DNA of 64,000 nucleotides from Basidiobolus meristosporus CBS 931.73 (lineage: Eukaryota; Fungi; Basidiobolomycota): the NCBI GenBank assembly GCA_002104905.1, contig MCFE01000058.1:131200-195199 (forward strand). Reading direction: 5' to 3'. How positions within the stretch are numbered: the stretch's first letter is position 1; each line of letters opens with the position of its first letter. Under the pieces are notes generated by a model. That model made no database searches, was not told the origin of the DNA, and saw only the letters and a list, made by a program, of their open reading frames with translations. Positions 49,238-59,842 of this stretch are shown here, one piece after another. Position numbers and translations under genes: made by a program.

Positions 49238-51038
49238 ATTAATCTTGTGGGTTGGGATGATCCACAACTACGCGCAGATCATCCATTTTATACCGATGAT
49301 GCACTTGCTCCCATCCATTGACTGACTGATGGCTTATCGCAGTAGAAATTCCAGTCTTCTGATTTTTGCTTGCTATCATCTTTCCTTCACATTCTACCAA
49401 ACACTGGGTGGCAACAGAATCCTAACTACACCAAGGGCCACACGGAGTTATTCGTGAAAGTAGAATATTCCAACACGTTACTCAATTTAGTAATACAAGT
49501 GATTGTTTGTCAGTAAAAATTCTAGCTGCCTCCCTCCGACTAACTTGGTGGAGTGGTGGTCACATCAGGGAGATAAGGAGAATCCGATATCAAATACAGG
49601 TCATGTATCAATTAGATTAACCCGGTGTGCAAGATGCAAATTTAGTGGATGATCTGGACCTAGCCAAGTTTGTTGTGATGGGCCTAATTATTAGCCTTAA
49701 AGCGGCCAGTGTAGAATCGTGTGGTAATTGATAAGATTACACAATGTAGATATTGCAGCACCATCTTTGCGCATTAGCCTTGGACGCAGTCAGCAATGAG
49801 TATGAGTGCCTCCGTCACTGAGAGCTTACCTGATATGGTCTATCACTCCATAATGGGCGATTTGTTTTTATGCATCATGAGCTAGAAACAAAGTGTCCTG
49901 AGCCTGGGCAGTGGCCTAATTGAGTTTGGCTTCTGTTTTCATTGCCAGCGATCCATGTGTGTACTTCCACTTCTGACGAAAAACGCCGATGAGGGATAAA
50001 TGCGGTTAGAGAATATAGTTATCAGGAGCATTCTTTATTACTAATCCTAAACAGCTGGTTCGATTTGCATGAACTTGTTTGGGCAAACCAGATTAGCGAA
50101 ATTGGTAGATCCCAAGATCATTACTTTTCAATGATTACCTATTATATGGCAGGCTTCTAATCTGTAGTATCATTGAGGTGTGTGGATACCACGTAACAGT
50201 CGAATCGGCCAGTGGAACAAACGCGGGGGGAAGACAACCACCAACATGTAAGATATTTATTTCAATTACATTAAGTAATAATGCCTTGTTGAGCCAACTC
50301 ATTGTACAAAGGAATGAATCGAACTCAGATGCCTATGTGAAAGGCCACTAAGTCCAATTGTAGTTAATACCGAGCTAAAGGATTTCAAAGGCTTGAGTAT
50401 ACCAAGTAAAGTCTGTCTACAAAATGAAGTGAGTTGGTAAACATGTCACTCAAATGGAGGGTAGACATCAATGAACCCTCTCCACAGACACCGATACAGC
50501 TTAAGTAAGCATCGTTGGAGTTCTGGGCAAGATTAGTAAACCCTTTAATCTGAGTGTCTCCTAGAAGTAGTCTGCAATATGAGTAGGAGTGGGCGAGATG
50601 ACATATTACCCAGGCTTTGGGGTGCCTATTCTTACTGCTGGGAAGCCTTAAGTAATCATCGTGATAGGGTATGGTAGAAAATTAAGTTAGTAGCGTATTT
50701 CGGGGAGATATGGGGCCATAGAGTAGTGGCAGTAGAAGGTGAATTCCTCCAGTTTGGTATAATCTATTTTTTTGGCTGAGACTGAGGTGGCAAAACCCCC
50801 ACACTATGTACACAGCGGCTTAAAAGCAAATCATTTTACAGAGCTTTACATAATCACAATCAATATCATCAAACGTATGGTAATGTGCGGCTTCATCATA
50901 GTAGCCATGTACAGCAGTGCATTGACCTACTTAAGCAACGAGAAACGGGCAAGGCTGGAGTAGTAGGACATAAGGAGGAATCCAGGGTATTTGCCTCGTG
51001 ATATTGTGTAAATAGTATAACAACATATATATCTGAGA

Positions 51039-51509
51039 TTGAAGAAGTTGCAGAGAAATTCGAATCATGCATGGATTCTCTCTGGTCTAGCTACCATCAA
51101 CGATGGGTCATTGAGTAGAAGATTACAGCCGAAGAGGGGCAATGGTGCGCACGACACAGCCAATATTTTCAATGCCAACGAAAATGGAGGAAACGGCGCC
51201 GGTGCTTATAGCGGGGCTGGAAACAGAAATGACGGTAATAAGGGATACCGAGGCAAAGGTACTAGTGGCTATGATTCTGGAAGTAGGGGTGCTGGCAATG
51301 AGAATGGTGATAAAGTGGTGATAGTGGGGATGGAAGTATTAGTAGTGGTATACGGTGGTACTGGAAGCAGAGGGACCAGCAATGCTGGCAATAATGAGAA
51401 TGCTGGAAACGTGGCCGGAGGCAGTGGTACCGGTGATCGAGGTAACGGGCGCCGAAATGGAGGTAATGTCAATGGCGGTGTCAACGAAAGTGGAGATCTG
51501 TGCAACTAA
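51039..51509 (+). pseudogene. Gly/Asn/Ser-rich ORF, unit 3 (open, but with an internal out-of-register stretch)
   Basis: KRGNGAHDTANIFNAN...NESGDLCN-TAA; the segment VVIVGMEVLVVVY reads SGDSGDGSISSG in the shifted frame. Confidence 0.5.
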
Positions 51510-51912
51510 AATGTAACATCCGAGTATTTGTAACTCGGTAAAGTAACTACCATTATGATGACCTTAGTCCCATGCCAACGTGCGCTGGTGTACTATGGTT
51601 TATAATGCTTTTCGTTATCCTGCTTGGCTCTCGCAGAATATCCAAGATATCCACATGGTGGACTGCCGCTTAAACCCTTGATACCAATCTTCACTTGAGG
51701 CCATAGTGATTGTTACCTCGTAAATGCCGACAAATCCTGGCATCAGGTTTTGCGGTCAGAAATACATACAACAATAACCTTGATATTCTTGTTCATTTAG
51801 TAAAGTCATGTTTGCTTGCACGGTTTATTAATATGTACTTGGATACTATGCGTAGTCGTCTTTTCTCTATATAATCAATCTGGACCAAAGCCAAATGGCC
51901 GACGTGCCATGT

Positions 51913-52581
51913 CTAATAGTCATAATTCTCATAAGGATTCATGGTATACGGAGCTTTGTAGCCATCCTTTGGCATCATGGGCAGCACCACACTACTGCGA
52001 AGTCCATTCTTGATCATGTTCTCGGTAGCAGGGATGATTGTGTTGTACTCAGAGCCAGGGCCATGGGGGATCATGCACACTCGCTCTCCAACACAGTTGG
52101 ACTCGCTGTAAAAGCAATAGATAGCCTCGGTGGGCCAGTATAGGACAAAGCCTCCGTTATTTTCAACAGGGTCGATGTTCGCACACTGCCTAAACTCTGG
52201 ATATGTGATGGGGAAGCCATCCACGCCGCTAGCACCATTGGCTAAAGAGATTGTCGCGGTTGCGGCAACAGTTTCGTTGACATCGTTATCCTCAATGGCC
52301 TTTTGGTTGGAGGGGCTTGTCCAGATCAGAAACTTGGCATCCAGCTCTGTAGCCACCACCCCAGAGAACCATGCGGGATTACAAACTGGAAAGCCGCCGT
52401 ACAGATTCTGCGCCTCTGTGGAGTTGTTGCAAGGAACATCGACAGGATACTCTTGCGCAATCGGTGTGGAAGTCAGGGCAGGGATCTTCCCTGTGAGGTC
52501 AAGAGCAATGCCGATAGGCTTGGCTAAGGCAGAAGTAGCAAGCACGGTCCAAACAGCTAGGTCAGTCAGGCGAAGTTGCAT
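51913..52581 (-). CDS. Secreted 222-aa Cys-containing protein, copy 3
   Basis: As above; single A to T residue change (ETVAA); TATAAAA 55 nt upstream. Confidence 0.85.
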   Translation of the reverse strand: MQLRLTDLAVWTVLATSALAKPIGIALDLTGKIPALTSTPIAQEYPVDVPCNNSTEAQNLYGGFPVCNPAWFSGVVATELDAKFLIWTSPSNQKAIEDNDVNETVAATATISLANGASGVDGFPITYPEFRQCANIDPVENNGGFVLYWPTEAIYCFYSESNCVGERVCMIPHGPGSEYNTIIPATENMIKNGLRSSVVLPMMPKDGYKAPYTMNPYENYDY

Positions 52582-53886
52582 ATTAATCTTGTGGGTTGAG
52601 ATGATCCACAACTACGCGCAAATCACCCATTTTATATCGATGATGCGCTTGCTCCCCTCCATTATCTGACTGATGGCTTATCGCTGTAGAAAATTCCAAC
52701 CTTCTTCTGCTACTTACTTGCTAACATTTTTCCACCGCATTTTACCAAACACTGGGTGGTAACAGAATCCTGACTACACCAAGGGCCACACGGAGTTATT
52801 CACGAAAGTAGAATATTCTCTTACGTTACTCAATTTAGTGATACAGCATTCTAGCTGCCTCCTACCCACCAACTTGGTGGAGTGGTGCTCAAACACTGAG
52901 GCATACCTCACAGTCAATTGATTTACTCAAATGAGGAGATAAATAGAAACCGATATAAAATGCAGGACCAAACGGGGTATATCCTTGCATACATTTCATA
53001 TATCAACTTGCTCCTACAAAACTAACCCGGTGTGCAAGATACAAATTAGGTGGAAAGTCTGGATTTTGCATAGTCTGTTGGTATGGGTCTCGGGATGAGC
53101 GATAATATAGCCAATGAAGATTCGTTTGGTAGGTGATGGGATCGAACATTGTAGGCATTGGTGTACCATCTGAATTGCGCATTAGCCTTGGACGCTGCCT
53201 TTCTTGCTTCACGTAATAGATAGGCTCAGTAAGGAGTATGAAAGGCCTCCAAGACTGAGAGCTGACCTTGTTTGGCCTATCACTCCATACTGGGTGATCC
53301 TTTCTATACATCATGACCTAGAATCAAAGTAACCTGCGCCAAGCCAGTGTTCTATTTTAGTTAGGCTTCCATTTCGATTGCCTGTAATCCGTCTATGTGC
53401 TTTGGCTTCTGACGTAATGCGCTGATAAGGGATAAATGCGAGTAGAGAAAGTGATTATCATGGGCATTCTTTATTGCTGATCTATAGTGGCTGCATTGAT
53501 TTGCATGAGCAAATGGGGTTAAGGAAATCTGTAGATGCCAAGATCATTACTTATTTTAGATATTGCGGCTGGCCTCTGATCTATATCTTCATTGAGGTGT
53601 GTGGATGCTAAGTAACAGCCAAGTATGCCAGTGGAACAATCGCCAACACGTAAAATTTGTACTTTACCTGCATGAAGTAAAGGTGCCATATATATTTCAT
53701 TTTAGTATATTTAAGAATGATTTGATCTCAGATGGTTATGTGCCTGGCCACTAAGATCACTTGTATAAAATATCAATTAGAAAGGTATCAGAGGTATGAG
53801 AATACCAAGTAAAACTTTGTCAATAAAATGAAGTGTGTTGGGATACTAGGAGTCAACTTGAAGCCAACATTGAGTGTAGACATCAC

Positions 53887-54261
53887 TTAGGGGGGATCAA
53901 AGTCATCAAGCGGTGAAATCTTTATTTACTTATGACAAGTTTTTAAAGAAGCCAAGTTAATCTGAAGTCAAAACTAGAAAGCTAGGTCTGAGAAGTGAGA
54001 AGCTGAGTACATGCGAGATAAGTTGCACTGATTTGCGGTAGCTGATTAGTGGCTGCAATGGCCAGTAGACTGGGGGAACTGAGGGGAATTTCTTGGTGAT
54101 CACTGGCCAGATTTACTAGCCAAATCTGACCAATTAGTATTTCAAGGATTTCAGCCAATTAGAGCCTTTACTTTGCACAATAATTGATTAAGCTATCTCC
54201 CAATGAGCACACATCAATACAAGGATCAAATTGGGTGGATCCAGGATTAGAACCCATATCC
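53887..54261 (-). mobile_element. SINE-like element, copy 1 (tRNA-like head cut by the copia insertion)
   Basis: TTAGGGGGG tail, shared GGTGAAATCTTTATTT 3' block, body collinear with 56118-56620, B-box variant GGTTCTAATCC. Confidence 0.7.
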
Positions 54262-56117
54262 TGTAGTAAAAATTTGTAATTTCACCTTAATATTCACCTA
54301 ACTTAGTCACTTAGATCATTATCCTCAAATCCTAGAGAATACTGACCAAATTCCTTATTGGGATTTACTTGGAATATTTTCACCAAAATACCATGGTACC
54401 CAGAACATGAAAATTCTCAAAGTTGTCCAAACAGCCCCAAACTTTGCACACATGTTCTTAGGACCTTCCTTAATCTATTCAATGTGTTTGTAATGCCAAG
54501 ACCAGGTAAAAGTATAAATACTACTTTTACATTCAATAGATCATTAGGCGAAAACCACATAATCTACCTGTCCTCCCAATCACTTCCAATATCTCCAAGA
54601 CACTTACAACAGGTTATGAGCACCAAGCTGTCACTCTCTATAATGTCTTCTACTGCTATTACTGGAACTTTTCCCTCTGCTGAAAAGTTGGATGGACCTA
54701 ACTACCAAGTGTGGAAGGTGAAGAAGAAGATGCTGCTACAAGAAAGAGGCCTTTGGGATATTGTCATGGGAGAAGAATGCCCTCCTAAAAATGTGAGAGA
54801 GGGAGCCTTAAAGTACCAGAAGAAAGAACAAAGTGCCTTTAGCTGTACTTGCCTTAATGTTAAGGACAAATTGCTAATTCAATGCTCAAGAGCAAAAATG
54901 GCAAAGAATGCTTGGAAGGCATTAGAAGACACCTACCAGTCATGCTCAGCTGCTAAGAAAATGTATCTGAGTCAAGAATTCTTTACTACAAAGATGCTGC
55001 CAGGAGAAGAAATGAAAAATCCAATTAACAGAATTACCGTGCTGGTAGATGAAATGGAATCTGCAGGCATACCAGCTTCAGATGAGGATGTGATAGTTAT
55101 CATCCTAAATAGCCTGACAGACAGGTTTCAGGGCCTTGTATCAGCCCCAGAGTCCAGAACTGATGATTTGACCTTAAATTATGTATATGGAAGGCTCCTG
55201 GATGAAGAATCAAGAAAATCAAGTGCCAATAAGAAAGAAGAAGTGAATGCTTTAATAAGCAATGATAACCAACAAAGGAGGTACCCAAGACCCTAGAAAG
55301 GCAACAGCAACCTGCTTTGCAACTACTGCAAAAGGAAAGGACACACATCAGAACAATGCTTCAAAAAGAAAGAAGTCAGCCAAAAAAGCATGAATATGGA
55401 GATGCTGCAACAACTGAAGATAGACTATGCATATCTGCACTAAATATGACCACAAACAAGGACTCTCATATGTGGTATATTAACTCTGGAGCATCTGAAC
55501 ACTTTACCTACCAAAAAGAACTTTTTACCAAATATCAAGAAATTCCAATTACGATGGTTTTCATGGGTGACAATATAACACTTGATGCAGTGGGAGAAGG
55601 AACTATCCAAGTAAGCCTAAGAAGCAGTGAAGGAAGCCATACACTGACCTTTAAAGAAGTACTTTATGTGCCAGAAATAGCCAAGAACCTACTATCTGTA
55701 AGCAAGGCCACTGCAGAGGACCCAGTTTCAGCTTTGACAATTCTGCATGCAAGATCACTGATCAAAATGGTGCCCATATTGCTTTGGGTATCAGAGATCA
55801 GAACCTTTACAAGTTGACTTATATTCCATCATATTTGGAGGCCAATTTAAGTAATTTAAATGAAGAAACACCAATGCTTTGGCACAGGAGATTTGGACAC
55901 ATCAATATTGATTATTTGTGCAAATGATCAAAGATCAGCTAATTTCTGGAGTAAAAGTTGATCCTCCAGCTAATTTGAAGCACTGTGAAGCCTGTATATA
56001 TGGGAAACAAGCCAGACAACTGTTCAAGAGCTCTGGTCAATCAATACTAAGAAGAAATTAGATCTAATTCACTCAGATCTGTGCAGACCTATGCATAATT
56101 TATCCTTAGGCGGGATG
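54262..56117 (+). mobile_element. Copia 5' LTR (54262-54611), PBS, gag, PR, start of IN; abruptly truncated
   Basis: TGTAGTAA...TTACAACA; PBS GGTTATGAGCAC; family homology ends at GCGGGATG (56117), followed directly by GGTTAGGGTTAGGGGG. Confidence 0.92.
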
Positions 56118-56133
56118 GGTTAGGGTTAGGGGG
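56117..56133 (+). repeat. Telomere-like junction GGGTTAGGGTTAGGGGG (others at 53887-53895, 56651-56662, 59843-59854, 60773-60783)
   Basis: Read directly; every one of the five retroelement 3' ends carries (GG)TTAGGG(G)n on the plus strand. Confidence 0.9.
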
Positions 56134-56650
56134 AGGAAAGTCACCAAGTGGTGAAATCTTTATTTACTTATGACAAGTATCTAAAGAAGCCAAGTTAATC
56201 TGAAGTTATTCCTAGAAAGCTAGGTCTGAGAGATATCTTCCTGGTAAGCCAGGTCTGAGAGTTAAGAGACTGAGTGGTACTGTATTTCCTAGTTAGCTAG
56301 GTCTGAGAGAGGTTTCCTGGAAAGCCAGGCCTGAGAAGTGAGAATCTGAATATATCTGAGCTAAGTTATACTGGTTTGCGGTAGCTGAATTGTGGCCGGA
56401 ATGGCCAGTAGACTGGGGGAACTGAGAGGAATTTCTGGGTGATCACTGGCCAAATTTATTAGGCAAATCTGGCCAATTAGCATTTCAAGGATTTCAGCCA
56501 ATCAGAGCCTTTACTTTGCCCGATGGTTGATCAAGCCATCTCCCAATGAGCACACATCAATTTGTTAATCAAATTTTGCTGGATCCAGGATTTGAACCCA
56601 CAACCATGGGTATGGAAGGGTTAGGGATAACCACAAGGCTAAGTGTTCTT
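56118..56650 (-). mobile_element. tRNA-derived SINE-like element, copy 2 (apparently complete)
   Basis: Minus strand: A-box-like TAGCCTTGTGG (56641-56631), B-box GGTTCAAATCC (56598-56588) at tRNA spacing; body with four hairpin repeats; 3' block shared with the LINE; telomere-like tail. Confidence 0.72.
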
Positions 56651-59600
56651 GGTTAGGGGGGGAGACAGTCACCAACAGGTGAAATCTTTATTTCAGTTGA
56701 AACAAAGAAGCCAGCGCTACTGTTGTAGCTTTGATACAAGAGTGTGTAGCTGAGGGGAATTTGTAGGTAAGTTAATAAGAAGTGATGATAGTTCTTCAGT
56801 GCTCAAGACACTGTTCAGTGGGAAGGGGGGTAACAAGAGAGGTAAGAATGACTTGTGAACAACATTAATGAGGGGAATGTGATAAGGATTGATATTCATC
56901 ATAAAGGGAGTGTGCTGCTGCAGATATTGCTGCCAAAGGTCTGTCAAGTACTTCAGGTAGGCCAGCTTGGGTTTTTCTGACTGCAGAATAAATTGAGCAA
57001 ACTTCTTGACTTCAGGATCTCCAAGTATAGTTCTCCAGCAGGAGCCAGGTGTTGTGTGGTGTGTTCTCTTCCAGGCCTTAATCAGTGGGTTGTTACAGTG
57101 GTGAAGTCTGAGATATAATCTGGTTCTTAGGTAGAGAAGTCTGATCTTATAGGGCATAAACCCAAAAGCACCAAGAATAGCATGTCTGTAGGGGCATTCA
57201 GGCAAATGAGGCACCAAGGAGGTAATGCACCATACTGCAAACTTGTCAAGCTTAGTGCAGTCTCTAGAAGTAAGAGAGAGAAGTGGTAAGCCAAATTCCA
57301 GGACAGGGAAGACAAACTGCTTGAGTAGAAGGAGGCAGCTGGGAGCTGAAGTTGTAGGAGGAGTAACAGCCAGTAGCTTGTGGAGTGCCTGTCTTGCCAG
57401 GATAATTCTCTTCTTCAGGTGTGCTCCAGAGTCTAGTCCAGTAGGAAGGAAAGGAAAGCCAAGATATATAGCAGAAACCTGAGCAGGTAGAGTGGAGTTC
57501 TCCAAGTTGATAGGAGAGCCCAAAGGTACTGTCTTTGCAATGGAAAGCTGGAGATTATTCTTCTGCAGATACTGCTGGATGGTCTGGGAGTCTTGTTGCA
57601 CATTGGAGGAGGATATTCTGATGTCATCAGCAAAGAGAGTAACCAGGCAGTCAGCTGAGAGTCTTGGGAAGTCATTCGGGAAGATGGCAAACAGTATAGG
57701 ACCAAGCACAGAGCCTGGAACCACTCCATTAGGAACTGAGAACACAGCTGATTGCTCACTTGGGTGCAGAATTCTTGCTTGTGGATCCAGAAACAGAGAC
57801 CTGACAAGGAGGGTGAGAGAGGTACTGGAGAAGCATTGCAACTTGGACCAAAGCAGATTTCTGTCAACTGAATCAAAGGCCTTAGTAATATCAAACAGAA
57901 CAGAGGGATACTTGCACTGGAGAGAGTGATCTTGGCTACGTATGACTGCATATTCCAAGGAGAGGCCAGGAACAAAGCCAAACTGTGCAGGATGAAACTT
58001 GAGGGAGTCAGAGTAGAGCTCCTGAGCAAGCAGAAGCTCAAACACCTTTCTGCAGGTGGGCAGCAGAGATATTGGTCTGTAGGAGCTAGGATCCAGGTGC
58101 TTTCCTTTACCCTTGTACAGTGGCAGAACATTTGCAAGGGACCATTCCTCAGGAGTAGAAAGCTGGGCTGAGCATTGCTGAAACAGTGGAAGCAGAAGTG
58201 CAGACATGGCCTTGGTACTAGTCTTCAGAAGCTCATAAGAGATTGTGTCCACACCTGGAGCAGTAGAGTTGGGAAGCCTCTTGAGCACATTATGAATTCT
58301 CCTTTGATCAAGTGCAAGTGGGATGGGCAGAGTCTTGAAGTCAGGATGAAAGCCAGGAGTTGAGTACTGCTTTGTAGAGAAGAAGATGTTAGCCAGCTGT
58401 TCTGTTGAAGGTAACTTCCTGGAAGAGGGCCTCATTGCCCTGTAGAGTCTTGATACTGTTCTTGTTATAGAGTTGGAAGATTGCAGAGGCAAGGAACTCA
58501 CAATATGATCCCAGAGCTGAGTATGCAGAGTGTGGTGAATTGCCTTGGAGTGGTGTATTGCTGTCAGGAGGAGTTTCTCTGTTTTTGGGTTAGGGAAACT
58601 CAGGTAGCTTTGTTGCAGGGCTGAAACAATAGATTCCCATTTTCTTGAGGTAACAGCAGTAGTCTTGCATGGCAGTGAGAGGGAGGCAGACACCAGAATC
58701 AGATGCTTCACAAAGAGCCAGGCATAGTTGAGATCATCTGGCAGAGAAAGTAGCAAACTGGCAAGCTTCAAGTAGTTCCCAAATTCTTTCTTCTGATTCT
58801 TGGTAGCTTTGTGAGTGAGCACAGTAAGTTTTGGCAGCTTCTTCTTCACAACTGGTTGCATAGAAAGGGACCAGGCTGGATGGTCAGAGGCTCTCAAGGA
58901 TCCTAGCTCAGCTCCAGAGAATTGCTTAACTTCATTCACAAAGTAGAGGGCAGCAGCAGAAGGGCAGATCCAGTCAACACATCTTTTCTCAGATCGAGCA
59001 CCTAGTGCTAGCAGGTGGCTTTCTCTCAGGAAGTTCAGTAGGAATGTAGACCTTGGCTTCATTCTTGCAGTCAGAGTAGTCTTGTTCTCAGGATGGGGAA
59101 TGTTGAGATCTCCAAGCAAGATAACAGGTGTTGATATAGATTGTTGGTATTGCTGAACCTTCTGGCATATAACTTGCACTTCTTGAAGGGCAAGACTTGG
59201 AGGCAGATAGCAGAGCACCAGACAGATAGTTGGCAACTGGAGAGCAGCACAGTAAGGGGAGTAAAGAGGAACACAGAGCTGAGGAGTATTGATGGTAGAA
59301 GAGATGAAGCAGATAGAGGAGGTATTCTTTGTTCTAGGAGTAGAAAAGCAATATAGATTAGTCAAAAGTATAGAGGGTAGCTGGACATCAATCAAACACA
59401 GGAGGGAAAATCTTGAAAGAAGTCTCTCTAGGGTTGGTCTTGATGGCTGTATGCTGTTGCAGTTAAGCAACAGAACTTCAGGTAGTCAGGCAGAGGTTGT
59501 AGCTTTCTTCAGAGGCAGCATTGATAATGTGACCTGCAGAGTCCCAGAGCTCTTCAAATGGTGCATCACTTAAGTCAGCAAGGAGGGAAATGGCATGATT

Positions 59601-59842
59601 CTTGAGGAAGTATGCCACATCATAGGAGGGGGCTTGTCTCTTGATGGCAGCAAAGAAAGACAGAATGGCAACATGGGCTGGAGGCTTGTTGAATAGTAGA
59701 GAGTCAGAGGATTCAGATTCTTCAGGCACTATCTTGAAGTCAGTTTTCAGCCAGTTAAGGTTCTTCTCCACAAAGGTAACAAATGGGTCAGCAATGTTTT
59801 GGTCTAGGATAACCTCCAGAATCTTCCCTTTTCTCCAGGCCA
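56651..59842 (-). mobile_element. Non-LTR retrotransposon (LINE) copy 1, 5'-truncated within ORF1
   Basis: APE+RT ORF2, partial ORF1, 66-nt 3' UTR with AATAAA and stem-loop, ends C7-TAACC without poly(A). Confidence 0.93.
56717..59485 (-). CDS. LINE ORF2 (APE endonuclease + reverse transcriptase), copy 1; no initiator ATG
   Basis: LLNCNS, YLPP, GDLN, VDWI, SDH; PGVDTI, YRPISLL, QFGF, DITKAFDSV, FADD. RT motif 4 reads GVVPG...FPND versus GVVQG...FLND in copy 3. Confidence 0.9.
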   Translation of the reverse strand, partial: LPEVLLLNCNSIQPSRPTLERLLSRFSLLCLIDVQLPSILLTNLYCFSTPRTKNTSSICFISSTINTPQLCVPLYSPYCAALQLPTICLVLCYLPPSLALQEVQVICQKVQQYQQSISTPVILLGDLNIPHPENKTTLTARMKPRSTFLLNFLRESHLLALGARSEKRCVDWICPSAAALYFVNEVKQFSGAELGSLRASDHPAWSLSMQPVVKKKLPKLTVLTHKATKNQKKEFGNYLKLASLLLSLPDDLNYAWLFVKHLILVSASLSLPCKTTAVTSRKWESIVSALQQSYLSFPNPKTEKLLLTAIHHSKAIHHTLHTQLWDHIVSSLPLQSSNSITRTVSRLYRAMRPSSRKLPSTEQLANIFFSTKQYSTPGFHPDFKTLPIPLALDQRRIHNVLKRLPNSTAPGVDTISYELLKTSTKAMSALLLPLFQQCSAQLSTPEEWSLANVLPLYKGKGKHLDPSSYRPISLLPTCRKVFELLLAQELYSDSLKFHPAQFGFVPGLSLEYAVIRSQDHSLQCKYPSVLFDITKAFDSVDRNLLWSKLQCFSSTSLTLLVRSLFLDPQARILHPSEQSAVFSVPNGVVPGSVLGPILFAIFPNDFPRLSADCLVTLFADDIRISSSNVQQDSQTIQQYLQKNNLQLSIAKTVPLGSPINLENSTLPAQVSAIYLGFPFLPTGLDSGAHLKKRIILARQALHKLLAVTPPTTSAPSCLLLLKQFVFPVLEFGLPLLSLTSRDCTKLDKFAVWCITSLVPHLPECPYRHAILGAFGFMPYKIRLLYLRTRLYLRLHHCNNPLIKAWKRTHHTTPGSCWRTILGDPEVKKFAQFILQSEKPKLAYLKYLTDLWQQYLQQHTPFMMNINPYHIPLINVVHKSFLPLLLPPFPLNSVLSTEELSSLLINLPTNSPQLHTLVSKLQQ

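Larger units (their letters stand above)
44330..53886. repeat. Tandem array of ~3.0-3.3 kb units (three complete plus a truncated fourth start), each with a Gly/Asn-rich ORF remnant and a secreted-protein gene tail-to-tail
   Basis: Gene stop-codon offsets 2979 and 3344 bp; recurrent landmarks such as CTATCACTCCATA, GGGATAAATGCG, GATCATTACT, ATAC(C/T)AAGTAAA; boundaries approximate. Confidence 0.85.

Noticed and set aside
47156-50639. Minus-strand ORF open in tandem units 2 and 3 (47156-47461; 50385-50639) as a third gene of the unit
   Set aside because: Has stops in unit 1, no clear start and no recognisable motif; openness may be chance.
56211-56329. CRISPR-like short palindromic repeats
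   Set aside because: Eukaryotic context, irregular short spacers and no cas genes; they are internal repeats of the SINE-like element.
56575-56648. Functional tRNA gene
   Set aside because: Acceptor and anticodon stems do not pair; only the promoter boxes and T-loop are tRNA-like.
58587-58595. GGGTTAGGG inside LINE ORF2 (also near 62708) as another junction
   Set aside because: It is ordinary coding sequence (F-P-N-P) with no break in homology, and a 9-mer can occur by chance.
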